NCBI GenBank assembly: GCA_964428325.1
Contig: CAYRXU010000001.1
Span: 42,842-106,841, forward strand
Source: Candidatus Woesearchaeota archaeon
GTDB taxonomy: Archaea > Nanobdellota > Nanobdellia > Pacearchaeales > GW2011-AR1
Direction: 5' to 3'
Length of the DNA: 64,000 bases
Shown: positions 10,413 through 22,675 of the stretch, in pieces
Position numbering within the stretch: the first letter of the stretch is position 1
Layout: each line of letters starts with the position of its first letter
Translations under genes and position numbers: made by a program
Notes under the pieces: model-generated
Databases searched by the model: none
What the model was told of the DNA's origin: nothing
Seen by the model: only the letters and a program-made list of their open reading frames with translations

Positions 10413-11138
10413 ATGGAAATTCCTACTGAAATGCAGCATCAAGCTATGGGCTATGACCGTGCGGCAACTATGTTCTCGCCCGACGGACATTTGCTCCAGG
10501 TAGAGTATGCTGAAAAAACTGTTAAGCTTGGAAGCACAAGCATCGGGTTTGCCTGCAAGGAAGGCGTCGTTATTGTTTCTGATAGAAGAATTCGCGATAA
10601 GTTGATTGCTGCTGAGTCTGTTAACAAGATTTTCGAAGTTGATGAGCATGTGATTGCAACTGCAGCAGGTATTTTGTCTGATGCGCGAATGCTTGTTGAT
10701 GAAGCTCAGGTCGTTGCGCAGCAACATCGCGTAACTTATGGTTCTCCTATTGAGCCGCTTAATGTGATTCGCATGATTGCCGATAAGAAGCAGATGTTCA
10801 CGCAATATGGCGGCTCGAGACCATTTGGCGTTGCCGTTATGATTGCAGGTACTAACAAAGGGAGATCGCACCTTTACACGTCTGATGTTACAGGCAACTT
10901 CTTTGCTTTCCGAGCTAATGCTATCGGAGAGAATGATGAGCAGATCAAGGAAATTTTGAGAAGCGAGTTTAAGGATGATATGACTATTGATGAGTGCATC
11001 AAGTTTGCCATGGGCATCTTCAAGAAGTTCATGAACAAGAACTTTGAGGTTGAGCGTTTTGACGTGGCTTATGTTCCAAAAGCAACTGGAAAGCTTGTGC
11101 GCATTCACGGCGATGCTTTGAAGAAGTTCGCGAAGTAA
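10413..11138 (+). CDS. psmA: Proteasome alpha subunit
   Basis: GYDRAATMFSPDGHLLQVEYA signature; RPFGV. Confidence 0.97.
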   Translation: MEIPTEMQHQAMGYDRAATMFSPDGHLLQVEYAEKTVKLGSTSIGFACKEGVVIVSDRRIRDKLIAAESVNKIFEVDEHVIATAAGILSDARMLVDEAQVVAQQHRVTYGSPIEPLNVIRMIADKKQMFTQYGGSRPFGVAVMIAGTNKGRSHLYTSDVTGNFFAFRANAIGENDEQIKEILRSEFKDDMTIDECIKFAMGIFKKFMNKNFEVERFDVAYVPKATGKLVRIHGDALKKFAK

Positions 11139-11174
11139 CGACATCTTTATATAGAACTCTTTTGAATTCTTGAT

Positions 11175-11849
11175 ATGACTATTGTTATGGCAAAACTTAA
11201 GGTCAAGAACAAGACTTTTGAGATATCGGTTGATTTTGAAGAGGCGATGAAGGTGCGATCTGGAGCGGAAGACATTATCCGCGCTCTTAATTCGAACAGT
11301 ATTTTCTATAATGCTAAAGAAGGAAGCGTTGCATCTAAAGCCGACTTAATGGAAGCTTTTGCTTCAACTGAACCTTATGCTATTGCTAAGACGATCATTA
11401 TGAAGGGCGAGTTGCAGAAGCCACAGGAATTCAGAGACGCTGAAAGAGAGAACAAGATTAAGCAAGTCATGTCTTTGCTTTTGCGCAATGCTGTCGATCA
11501 ACATGGAAGACCTTACACTGAAGATCGTCTAAAGAGAGCTATTCAGGAAGTACATTTCAACTTTGACAATAGACCTGCTGATAGACAGATGCCAGAGTTG
11601 CTTGAGAAGTTGAAGACAGTTATTCCTATTCGTGTTGAGACTAAGAGAATTAAGCTCATTATCCCTGCACGATTCTCAGGACAGGTTTATGGTTTGCTAA
11701 AGGATTACAAAGAAAGCGAAGACTGGCTTGGCAATGGTGACCTTCAAGCAATCATGAATATTCCTGCAGGTATGCAGCTTGATTTCTATGAGAAGCTCAA
11801 CAATGTAACGCATGGTGCTGTTGTAAGCGAGGAACTTGCAGAAAAATAA
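11175..11849 (+). CDS. Ribosome maturation protein SBDS/Sdo1
   Basis: Three-domain SBDS pattern (FEI.VD, G..A...L...F, IPIRVE, PAGMQ); lies between psmA and rrp4. Confidence 0.9.
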   Translation: MTIVMAKLKVKNKTFEISVDFEEAMKVRSGAEDIIRALNSNSIFYNAKEGSVASKADLMEAFASTEPYAIAKTIIMKGELQKPQEFRDAERENKIKQVMSLLLRNAVDQHGRPYTEDRLKRAIQEVHFNFDNRPADRQMPELLEKLKTVIPIRVETKRIKLIIPARFSGQVYGLLKDYKESEDWLGNGDLQAIMNIPAGMQLDFYEKLNNVTHGAVVSEELAEK

Positions 11850-11850
11850 T

Positions 11851-12081
11851 ATGTTGCCCCCTACATATAGACCGATAAAAAGAGAATATAGTGGAGAGGG
11901 TCCAACTCCCGAACAAGTTAGGAGAGCTTTACAATTGGCACGAGATCCTAATAGAGTTCCTGCCAGGCATATCCCCTCGGTTGATTTTCAGGCCGCAGCT
12001 CAACCTCTTCTTGATCACCTTGCAGATTGCCAGAGAATTACTGCTGAAGATTTAGCAATGCGAATTGATTATAAAGACTAA
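11851..12081 (+). CDS. Small hypothetical protein inserted between SBDS and rrp4
   Basis: ATG 1 nt after the SBDS stop; no recognisable motif. Confidence 0.5.
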   Translation: MLPPTYRPIKREYSGEGPTPEQVRRALQLARDPNRVPARHIPSVDFQAAAQPLLDHLADCQRITAEDLAMRIDYKD

Positions 12082-12157
12082 ACGAAATCTTTAAAAAGCA
12101 CTGGTTACAACTGAAAGAGTCGTTATACAGAAAAATCATTTGATTATTCTGTCTCGA

Positions 12158-12880
12158 ATGCCAATGAAACGAGCAACTGAGACATCGCAGGAAACTGCAA
12201 ACACTAAATCTGAAGAAACACCTAGTAAGCGAAGAGCCGTTGTACCTGGCGAGATTGTTGTTTCTGGAGAAGACTATTTACCTGGAGAAGGTGTTCGACG
12301 CGATGGCGATAATGTTGTAGCTATTAGATTTGGCATGGCTGAAGTTATTGGTCATGTTGTGAAAGTAATACCTGTTTCAGGAGCATTCGTTCCACGACGT
12401 AATAACACAGTTCTTGGTCGCGTAAAGGACATTTCATTCAATGGATGGATTGTTGATATTGATGCTGCTGGAAATGCATTCTTGCCTATTGCTGAATCGC
12501 CGCGCTTCGTGAACCAACATGAAATGGACCAGTTCCTTGCTATCGGAGACGTTATTTCTGCTAAGATTTGGAGCATCAAGGGCAAGGGTATTGACTTGAT
12601 GATCAATGGAAACGGCCTTGGTAAGCTTGAAGGCGGTTATATGTTCAAAGTTAGCGCTACACGCGTTCCACGCATCATTGGACGCGAGGGAAGTATGATT
12701 ATGTTGATTAAGGAGCATACAGGTTGTTCTGTTGCTGCTGGTCAAAACGGATGGGTCTGGGTGCACGGACCTTCTGTTGAAGCTATGTTCCGAGCGCGAA
12801 AGGCTATTGAGTACATTGCTGAGAACGTTCACATTTCTGGATTGACAGATCACATGGAGGAGTGGTTCACTAAGAATTAA
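12158..12880 (+). CDS. rrp4: Exosome RNA-binding subunit Rrp4
   Basis: VVPGE N-domain, S1 domain, KH VPRIIGREGSM, GQNGWVW. Confidence 0.93.
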   Translation: MPMKRATETSQETANTKSEETPSKRRAVVPGEIVVSGEDYLPGEGVRRDGDNVVAIRFGMAEVIGHVVKVIPVSGAFVPRRNNTVLGRVKDISFNGWIVDIDAAGNAFLPIAESPRFVNQHEMDQFLAIGDVISAKIWSIKGKGIDLMINGNGLGKLEGGYMFKVSATRVPRIIGREGSMIMLIKEHTGCSVAAGQNGWVWVHGPSVEAMFRARKAIEYIAENVHISGLTDHMEEWFTKN

Positions 12881-12881
12881 C

Positions 12882-13580
12882 ATGACATTCAAGAGACACG
12901 ACGGACGAAAGATGGATGAAATGCGACCAATGACAGCTAAAGTTGGAGTTATTCCAAACGCTGATGGAAGCGCAAGTTTTGCATTTGGCGACACCGTTGC
13001 TATTGCTGCGGTTTACGGACCACGACAGCTACACCCGCAGCACATGCAGAACCCTGCTACAGGTATTCTACGAGTGAATTACGATCTTTTGAGCTTCTCT
13101 GTATATGATAGAAAGAAGCCAGGTCCATCTCGAAGAAGCCAGGAAATCTCCAAAGTTATTGAATGGTCGTTGCTTCCTGTTTTGGAGTTGAAGGAGTTCC
13201 CCAACACAGTTATTGACGTGCAAGTTTACATTCCACAGGCAGACGCAAGTACACGTGTTGCCGCTATTAACGCGGCTGCTCTGGCGTTGGCACATGCAGG
13301 AATACCGATGAAGGATTTGGTTTCAGCAGTATCTGTTGGTAAGCTTGACAAAGACCTTGTTGTTGATGTTGACAAGGAAGAGGAAGACTTCCATGAGGGT
13401 GAAGGGCCAACCGACTTCCCTATGGCTAAGATTGCTAACAGAAACGAGTTTACGTTGTTGCAGATGGATGGAAAGATCCAGCCAGAGCTTGTGAAGAAAG
13501 CCATTGCAATGGGTCAGAAGGCATGTAACGAAATTTATGAAGTTCAGCAGAAAGCCCTTAAGGAGGTAATTTCCCAATGA
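12882..13580 (+). CDS. rrp41: Exosome subunit Rrp41
   Basis: RHDGRKMDEMRP, ADGSA, AAVYGPR, PSRRSQEIS, DASTR. Confidence 0.95.
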   Translation: MTFKRHDGRKMDEMRPMTAKVGVIPNADGSASFAFGDTVAIAAVYGPRQLHPQHMQNPATGILRVNYDLLSFSVYDRKKPGPSRRSQEISKVIEWSLLPVLELKEFPNTVIDVQVYIPQADASTRVAAINAAALALAHAGIPMKDLVSAVSVGKLDKDLVVDVDKEEEDFHEGEGPTDFPMAKIANRNEFTLLQMDGKIQPELVKKAIAMGQKACNEIYEVQQKALKEVISQ

Positions 13581-14395
13581 CAGGAATGGAAGTAAGCAAT
13601 GTAACTAAGCAATTCTTCAAGAAAGCTTTTGCTGAAGACAAGCGATACGATGGTCGAAAGTTGCTTGATTTGAACAAAGTTGATATTGAATATGGCGTCT
13701 CTAACAAGGCAGAAGGAAGCGCTCGTGTAAGACTTGGCAAGACTGAAGTTATTGCTGGAGTAAAGCTTGCTATTGGTACACCTTACCCTGATTCAAAGGA
13801 CAAAGGAAATCTTGTTGTTTCTGGAGATTTACTACCGTTGGCTTCACCACGGTTTGATCTTGGACCTCCAGGATTTGATGGTATTGAAGTTCCACGCCTT
13901 GTGGACAGAATGATTCGTGAGTCTGGTATGATTGATTTCAAGAAGCTCTGTATCAAAGAAGGCGAGAAAGTATGGACCTTGTATGTTGACATCTATCCTA
14001 TTAACGACGATGGTTCACTTGTTGATGCTGCAGGTATTGCTGCTGTTGCTGCTTTGAAAAATACTATTATTCCTGCTATTGACAAAGATGGCGCCATAGA
14101 TTACGATAAAGAGTCTAAGGAGAAGTTACCTTTGTCAAAAGAGACTGTCCCGCTTTCGCTAACTTTCTACAAACTTGGCAAGAGCATCCTTTTGCATCCA
14201 ACAAGAGAAGAGCAGGAAGCTTGCGACACTAAGGTTACATTTGGCGGATCTCACTGGAACGGTCAGCTTATGATTAACTCATGTCAGAAGGGATGGGAAA
14301 CAACTTTCACTGCAGATGAGATTAATCACATCGTGGACGTCTTCCCTAAGAAATACGAAGAGTTATATAAGCACATTTCTAAGGAGCTTAAATGA
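13577..14395 (+). CDS. rrp42: Exosome subunit Rrp42
   Basis: [36 protein letters not shown] upstream. Confidence 0.95.
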   Translation: MTGMEVSNVTKQFFKKAFAEDKRYDGRKLLDLNKVDIEYGVSNKAEGSARVRLGKTEVIAGVKLAIGTPYPDSKDKGNLVVSGDLLPLASPRFDLGPPGFDGIEVPRLVDRMIRESGMIDFKKLCIKEGEKVWTLYVDIYPINDDGSLVDAAGIAAVAALKNTIIPAIDKDGAIDYDKESKEKLPLSKETVPLSLTFYKLGKSILLHPTREEQEACDTKVTFGGSHWNGQLMINSCQKGWETTFTADEINHIVDVFPKKYEELYKHISKELK

Positions 14396-14778
14396 CAGCT
14401 AAACTACACGAGACATTCACAAAGTACGAGATTGCACGTATCATAGGAGCACGAGCATTACAGATTGCTATGGATGCGCCTGTTCTGCTTAAAATTACCA
14501 AAGAAGAGTTGAACGCGATGCGCTTCGACCCATTGAAGATTGCTGAACGAGAATTTGAAGGAGATGTGTTGCCTATTAGCGTTTACAGACCTCTGCCAAA
14601 GAAGAGAATTGGTAAGTTGCTTGAACTTCGTGAGGAAAAGATCGATGATGAGAAAATTATTGCTAAAGAGAAAGAAATTGAAGAAGAAATGAGTGAAAAG
14701 GCTCTTGAGCAGGGTTTCGCTGAAGAAGACGACACAGATGCTGTTCAGGAAGAATCTTCTGGTGAAGAAGAGCAATAA
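14392..14778 (+). CDS. rpoK: RNA polymerase subunit Rpo6/K with acidic tail
   Basis: [21 protein letters not shown] signature. Confidence 0.95.
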   Translation: MTAKLHETFTKYEIARIIGARALQIAMDAPVLLKITKEELNAMRFDPLKIAEREFEGDVLPISVYRPLPKKRIGKLLELREEKIDDEKIIAKEKEIEEEMSEKALEQGFAEEDDTDAVQEESSGEEEQ

Positions 14779-14810
14779 AGATTTATTAATCGCTTTCTGT
14801 TTTAGTTACT

Positions 14811-15950
14811 ATGTTGATTAAAGAGGTTAGTGCGCGCATCATTAAGGATTCGCGTGGTGAAAAAACGATTGAAGTTTGTGTTAATGGCGCTTCCGCTGCT
14901 AGTTCACCCTCGGGAAAATCTACGGGAAAATATGAGACGAAACCTTACTACAAAGATTTGAAATTTTGCGTTGATTTTCTGAATAATTGGAACGAGATGT
15001 TGCAGATACGGAAGTTTGATGATCTGATTCTTGTTGAAGACGTGATTAAGAAGAAACTGAAGATAAAAGAAGCGCGATTTTTTGGAGGCAATGCATTGTT
15101 TGCATTTGAGAGCGCCATATTGAAGGCGCTTGCTAGCGATAATGGAGTTGAATTGTGGCAAGTCGTTAATTCTCGTGCGAAGAAATTCCCGCGACCTGTT
15201 GGAAATGCTATCGGCGGGGGGCTACACACAAAGGCGAAAGTAAAGCCTGCATTCCAAGAGTTTCTGCTGATACCTCATGAAAAAACATTCAAAGCGAATG
15301 TTGAGATGATGCAGATGATTTATCGGTCTATTGGCACTCAGCTAGGTGCGAAAGATATCAATGATGAGGGAGCTCACGTTGCAGAGATTAACGACGAAGA
15401 AGCCCTCAAGATGCTTTCTGAATATAGCAAACAGATCGACATGGGAACAGACATGGCTGCCTCGAGTTTCTTTGAGAAGAATGTTTATGATTATGGCAAA
15501 GTTGATAGAACGCGGCCTGCACAAGCAGAACATGTTTGGAAGCTTGTGAAAGATTATGGCGTCTTTTATGTTGAAGATCCTATGCAAGAAGAAGATTTCT
15601 CGGGTTTTGCGAATGTGAAGAAGAATTGTCGCGAAGCTATGGTCGTTGGGGACGATTTGACTGCAACACACATGGACAGACTTCAGCGAGCGATAAAAGA
15701 ACGTTCAATATCCGGAATGATCGTTAAGCCGAATCAGAATGGCTCTCTGCTTGAAGTGCGGGACATTATGGAATTCTGTAAGAAACATAAGATAAAGACA
15801 GTTATGTCGCATCGGTCTGGAGAAACCATGGATGATGCTCTTGCCGATTATGCGTTTGCATTTGGAGCGGATTTCATCAAATGCGGCATTGCAACACCTT
15901 GGAGAGAATGTAAGCTGAAGAGAATGATTGAGATTGAACAGCAGATTTAA
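14811..15950 (+). CDS. eno: Enolase
   Basis: DSRG, PSGKSTG, FQEF, DEG, VGDDL, KPNQ and SHRSGE motifs. Confidence 0.93.
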   Translation: MLIKEVSARIIKDSRGEKTIEVCVNGASAASSPSGKSTGKYETKPYYKDLKFCVDFLNNWNEMLQIRKFDDLILVEDVIKKKLKIKEARFFGGNALFAFESAILKALASDNGVELWQVVNSRAKKFPRPVGNAIGGGLHTKAKVKPAFQEFLLIPHEKTFKANVEMMQMIYRSIGTQLGAKDINDEGAHVAEINDEEALKMLSEYSKQIDMGTDMAASSFFEKNVYDYGKVDRTRPAQAEHVWKLVKDYGVFYVEDPMQEEDFSGFANVKKNCREAMVVGDDLTATHMDRLQRAIKERSISGMIVKPNQNGSLLEVRDIMEFCKKHKIKTVMSHRSGETMDDALADYAFAFGADFIKCGIATPWRECKLKRMIEIEQQI

Positions 15951-16039
15951 AAACCCCTCAAACTAGGAGTTTTCAACATAGCAGGTACAGGCTGAAACAA
16001 ACCCTGATCAACCCCTGCGCTTGTTATTTACACATTACA

Positions 16040-16954
16040 ATGGCAAAAACCAAGAAAGACGAAGTTGACGCAATCGAGTCAGCAGTTGCTAAGGCAGCTA
16101 AGGAAGTTAAAGATAAAGTTGAAGAAGTTGTTGAAGATATTGTTGGCGATGTTAAGGATCTAGCTGACGAAACAACGGGCGCTAAGAAGAGTTCTAAGAA
16201 AGCTGCAAAGACAGACTCTGATGATAAGAAAGCTAAGCTTGATGCACTGAAAGAGAAGCTCAAAGAAAAGCTGAAGGGAATGGAGAAGAAGGTCAGCGGC
16301 GATGATAAGATCACGCTCAAGGAAAAAGTTACTGGAGAGAAAGAAGAGAAGAAAGAGATGCTTGTTCCTATTGAAGATTACTTGAAGTCAAGTATCCATC
16401 TTGGAACACGAGTTATTACACCTGATATGAGAAAGTACGTTTACAGACGACGTGCAGACGGACTTGCTGTATTCAACACATCACTACTTGACGATAAGAT
16501 GCGCGAAGCTGTTGATTATCTTGCTCAATTTGACCCTAAGGACATGATTGTTGTTTGCAAGAGAGAAGCTGGCTGGAAGGCAGTTAATGTTTTTGCTGAG
16601 ACACTTGGTATCCGAGCTTTCACTAAGAAATATCCTGCTGGAGTGCTAACGAACACAAATCTAGAGAACTTCTTCGAAACGGATTTAGTTTTTATTTGCG
16701 ACCCATGGCTTGACAAGAATGCAGTTTCAGATGCAAACCGTGTTAAGTTGAATGTTATGAGCATCTGTGACACAAACAATTTCACTGCGGGTATTGATTT
16801 TGTTCTCCCAGGTAATAACAAGAGTTGGAAGAGTTTGGGAATGGTATTTTACCTTTTGACAAAGGGATATATTGAAAAGAAGAAGTTGGACATCGAAGTT
16901 CCTCCAATCCAGAAGTTCATTGAAGGCTGGGATGCCTTGCAGCCACCTGCTTAA
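16040..16954 (+). CDS. rps2: 30S ribosomal protein uS2 with long Lys/Glu-rich N-terminal extension
   Basis: YLKSSIHLGT, RADGLAVF, CDTNN, PGNNKS. Confidence 0.93.
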   Translation: MAKTKKDEVDAIESAVAKAAKEVKDKVEEVVEDIVGDVKDLADETTGAKKSSKKAAKTDSDDKKAKLDALKEKLKEKLKGMEKKVSGDDKITLKEKVTGEKEEKKEMLVPIEDYLKSSIHLGTRVITPDMRKYVYRRRADGLAVFNTSLLDDKMREAVDYLAQFDPKDMIVVCKREAGWKAVNVFAETLGIRAFTKKYPAGVLTNTNLENFFETDLVFICDPWLDKNAVSDANRVKLNVMSICDTNNFTAGIDFVLPGNNKSWKSLGMVFYLLTKGYIEKKKLDIEVPPIQKFIEGWDALQPPA

Positions 16955-17010
16955 AGATAGTTATCTGAACGCCAGGATATTTTTATAAACTTCATTTATT
17001 CATTCTAGTC

Positions 17011-17316
17011 ATGAGCATCACAAAAACAAAATTCAAAGGTAACATAAAGATAAGAGGTCGGCCGCGTGAGCAAGCACGTGCTGAGATTATGTTGATGAAG
17101 CAACGTGAAGCATATGAAGGAAGACATCGAAGAAGACTATTTTTCACATTTCTTGATATCGTCGCTGTTGTCGCATTTCTAGGAGGGCTATATTCAATTT
17201 ACAAAGGTTCTATAATGAACGGTCTGCTTATGATAGCCGTTGGTGTAATTATCATAAGTTATTTTCTGATACGAAAGATTTCTAAAAATAAGACGCCAAA
17301 GAAAAATAATCAATAA
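17011..17316 (+). CDS. Small two-TM hypothetical protein
   Basis: Basic N-terminus, two hydrophobic helices; TTTATAAA box at 16982. Confidence 0.65.
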   Translation: MSITKTKFKGNIKIRGRPREQARAEIMLMKQREAYEGRHRRRLFFTFLDIVAVVAFLGGLYSIYKGSIMNGLLMIAVGVIIISYFLIRKISKNKTPKKNNQ

Positions 17317-17345
17317 ATTTCTCAACCCTGCTTTCCGACGCAAGG

Positions 17346-17353
17346 TTTAAATA
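17346..17353 (+). promoter_or_regulatory. Probable TATA box of the rRNA operon
   Basis: TTTAAATA upstream of the structured pre-rRNA leader. Confidence 0.55.
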
Positions 17354-17629
17354 GTCCTCGAGCGGACAAAACATTACCTAAGATGTTAATCGTGATGAGT
17401 GCCTTAGTGACGCGTTGCGCGACGGTTTTGTCGACGGACGTATGCTATGGTATGATGTATGCATAATACTACGTTGTAATATTTTTCTGTGACCGTCAAT
17501 AAATTATTCATCACAATTTAACAATCATTATTGGAGGTTGTGTGTTCAGGATAGTAGATTAGCGGACTCTTCCGTGATATCTCCATCGTGTTAGATACGA
17601 TGTTTCCTAGATATGAAAATCATATTCTA

Positions 17630-19065
<1,436 letters not shown>

Positions 19066-19211
19066 AAATTAAACATAGACGGAACATAGATCATATTCAA
19101 GACGTAGTATTATGCATACGCACGATTAACGTCCCTAGGGACATGAATCGCATCCAACGGATGCGAGGATAGACATCAAGGATTAAAATCCGACAAGACG
19201 AAAGCTGTCAA

Positions 19212-19282
19212 GGGCCCATAGTCTAGTGGTAAAACACTCCGCTTGCACCGGTGAGTCCCGTGTTCGATTCACGGTGGGTCCA
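19212..19282 (+). tRNA. tRNA-Ala(TGC) in the 16S-23S spacer
   Basis: Acceptor GGGCCCA/TGGGTCC with G3:U70, anticodon loop CTTGCAC, T-arm CCGTG-TTCGATT-CACGG; no encoded CCA. Confidence 0.95.
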
Positions 19283-21407
19283 CTCTTTACAGTCGATTTT
19301 AATCATCACTTTCATAGTCACCTTTCATTAGGATGATCGCAAACCAAGCGATAATGGTAGCATCTTCGGATGCAGTGGTGTACGAGCGATGCGCCGTATA
19401 TCATGTAGAGAATTCCCCTGATAGACCAGGGAGTTTGGGCAAGCGAGCCCAGACAGTCATATTCAATGACGCGCGTACGCAGGCAAGATATCCATAGGAT
19501 AATATTAATGACAATTCTTTTAGAATTGTCGTCTTACATACTAATTGATGGATAGCTAGGCTCAGGTTGTGACGAAGGACGTGGCAAGCTGCGATAAGCC
19601 TGGGGGAGCTGCATGCGAGCTTTGAACCCAGGATCTCCGAATGTGAGAACGTTCCTCTTAGAGGAATGCCGAGAGGCAAATACACGCCGGGAATTGAAAC
19701 ATCTTAGTACCGGCAGGAATAGAAAACAACCGTGATTCCCTGATTAGCAGCGAGCGAAAGGGGAGAAGGGCAAACTGAATCTCCGTTTGAAAAGACGGCA
19801 GAGATGTGGTGGTGCTGAGGCTTCGGTTTGGAATCGAAGTTCGCTGGAACGCGGCGTCTTAGAGGGTGATAGCCCCGTAGATGAACATACCATGCCGTGC
19901 ACCGAACGAATAGGGCTCCCTAGAATGGAAGTCCGAATACAGCGGGATTAACCGCTAACCCTAAATATTGACCTGAGTCCGATAGTGAACGAGTACCGCG
20001 AGGGAAAGCTGAAAAGTACTCTTAACCGAGGGTTAAAAGACTTGAAATCAATTAGTTACATGATGGTTACTGCATTACGGTGTTGTAACGTACGTGTTGA
20101 AAAATGGGCCAGGGAGTTTTCTCATGTGGCGAGGTTAACGCAAGGAAGCCGTAGCGAAAGCGAGTCTGAAAAGGCGCGAGTCACGTGAGGCAGACCCGAA
20201 GCCGGTCGATCTATTCGTGGCCAGGACGAAGTTCTCCGAAAGGAGAATGGAGGTCCGAACCAGTGATGTGTACAAGCTCTTGGATGAGCCACGATTAGGG
20301 GTGAAAAGCCTATCTAGTCCGGCGATGGCTGGTTCCTGCTGAATTATGCCTCAGTATAGCCTCCATGTGTTTGTCGACGGGGTAAAGTACGGATGAAGTT
20401 TGCAGAGCCGAACGGCTACGAAACTTATTCCAACTCAGAACCTGTTGACTGCTTATATGGGGAGTGGGCGGCGGTGCGTAAGGTACCGTCGCGAGATCAG
20501 AACAAAGAAGACTGGGGTTAAGGTCCCAAAATATATGCTCAGTGTAACAAAAGGAGTCTTGAACCTAAGACAGCGGAGATGTAGGCTTAGAAGCAGCCAC
20601 CATTTAAAGAAAGCGTAACAGCTCATTCGTTGAGGTTCGAGGCCCTGAAGATGGACGGGGCTAAGCATATTACCGATACCCCAGAGGTACGCGCAAGCGT
20701 ATTCTGGTAAGCAGGCGTCTGTTCTGCGCAGAAGTCTTTCCGAGAGGAATGATGGAGCGGGACGGAATGAAAATCCTGGTGTTAGTAAGATCAGATTATC
20801 CTGAGAATGGATAGCGTCGAAAGAGCACGGTTTCCTCGGCACTATATGTTAACCGAGGGTTAGTCGGCACCTAAGTTTTCTCTTAACTGCAGAACGCGAA
20901 TGGAAATCAGGTTAATATTCCTGAACTCTGTGGGGAGCGTCGAACTATGTGTGCGCTTTGGGATATGCTGCATCTCGAGAGGGATGTGCTGCACGAAGAT
21001 GATGGATCGTCATGATAAGAAGTCATCGAATTGTAGCAAGCGATCAGTTGATTCCTAGAGCCCGTGAAACGTACATAGGGAGCGAGCCACGAGCCGTACC
21101 TAGAACTGACACTGGTGCTCAGGTTGAATAGACCAAGACGTGTAAGGTTAAACTGGCTTAGGGAATTCGGCATAATTAGCCCTGTAGCTTCGGTAGAAAG
21201 GGTGTCCATAGTTGTCCTTGATATTAGAGGGCAACGGTGGATCGCAGTGACAAGGACCGCCCGACTGTTTATCAAAAACGTAGCCGATTGCGAATCAGAA
21301 ATGATGTGTATAATCGGTGAGACCTGCCCAGTCGCGGTGTTTCAAACTTCCGTACAAGGGAGCTAAGACCCGTGAAACGGCGGGCCTAACTATGAGGCTC
21401 TTAAGGT

Positions 21408-21717
21408 TGAACTATTAAGAACTGCCTTACGGCACTCTACATTGAGTGACGCTTTAGGCCGCATAGAAAGGCGAAAATAAACAGGAACATTAAAGAAAAT
21501 CAAGCTATATGCTGGAACGTCCGAGTATTTTTGAATACTTGAAAAAGTAAAAATTTCAAAATGCGGATTATCAGCAGGAAAGACTTCTCTAAAGAAGAAT
21601 CCTCAGAGACTGAACGCTTGAACTACGAAAGTAGTAAGATACAGTCCGATCCTTATAGCGATATAAGGTGTCAAGAAAGAAATAGTGTCTAATAATTATT
21701 GACAGTAAAACTCATTG
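21408..21717 (+). ncRNA. Group I intron (IB-like) at 23S position L1931, no homing endonuclease
   Basis: Exons TTAAGGT^AGCGTAATGCC; P1 UAAGGU/GCCUUA with U.G; Q ATCAGCAGG, R TCAGAGACTG, S AAGATACAGTCC (P7 GACUG/CAGUC); P9 CCTTAT-AGCG-ATATAAGG; ends in G. Confidence 0.93.
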
Positions 21718-22366
21718 AGCGTAATGCCTTGTCGTCTGAATGGCGACGTGCATGAATGGTTCAACGAGGTGGTCACTGTCCCGAGCCAGAACCTTCTGAA
21801 CCCACTTACCGGTGAAAATGCCGGTGTCGCCTAGTGGGAAGCGAAGACCTTGTAAACCTTTACTGCAACTTGTTGTTGTGGTATCGAGAGGGATGCATAG
21901 CGTAGGGAGGAGCATCGATGTCCGCGTTTTGGCGCGGGCGGAGCGCCCCTGTAACACTCCTCATTTCTCTCGGTACTGCTCACCCCTAACGGGGGACACC
22001 AGCAGGCGGGCAGTTTGGCTGGGGCGGCACCCTGCCGAAAAGATATCGGTAGGGCCTAATGACAAGCTCAGTCAGGTTGGAAATCTGACGTTGAGTGCGA
22101 AGGCAAATGCTTGTCTGACTGTATTCCAAACAGCACGGAATGCAGAGATGAAAGTCGGGCTTAGCGACCCCACGTAGCTTTTTAATAGGGCTCGTGTGTG
22201 ACAGAAAAGGTACTTCAAGGATAACAGGCTTGTCGCGCCCGATAGTCCATATTGACGGCGCGGTTTGGTACATCGCTGTCGGCTCTTCCTATCCTGGTGG
22301 TGCATAAGCCACCAAGGGTGTCGGAGTTCACGCATTAAAAGGGATCGTTAGCTGGGTTAAGAACGT

Positions 22367-22675
22367 AAACAATAAACTAACGAATCCAGACCAAATCGCA
22401 ACTATCAAAAATAGCGGCGTTGCACACTTGTGAAGGTGTGAAAAATTAAATCGACTCATATCGGTGAAGCCCTACCATCCAAAAGATGTTGGGTAACCCC
22501 GAGGGAAGTTCTGAAAAAGAACCCCGTAGAGACTTAAGATTTTCTTAACTGAATAGAGCCCGTCAAGCTCGAGAAATCTTGGATCCGGAATACCCGGATA
22601 AGACGTCGATCTCTCAGTAACATGAGATGAAGGTATAGTCCATACAACGCAAAGAAATAAGCGTTGAGTAATATA
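22367..22675 (+). ncRNA. Group I intron (IA-like, with P7.1/P7.2) at 23S position L2593, no homing endonuclease, apparent terminal A
   Basis: Exons AAGAACGT^CGCGAGACAG; IGS GCG-GCGTT at 22414-22421; P3 TCGAC/GTCGA, R GTAGAGACT, S AAGGTATAGTCC, P9 CAACGC/GCGTTG. Confidence 0.92.

Noticed and set aside
10218..11144. 308-aa minus-strand ORF
   Set aside because: Antisense shadow of psmA/pop5; no motif.
19066..19211. GGA-rich hairpin cluster in the 16S-tRNA spacer as a CsrB-like sponge
   Set aside because: About five GGA words, mostly in stems rather than loops; explained by ordinary spacer structure.
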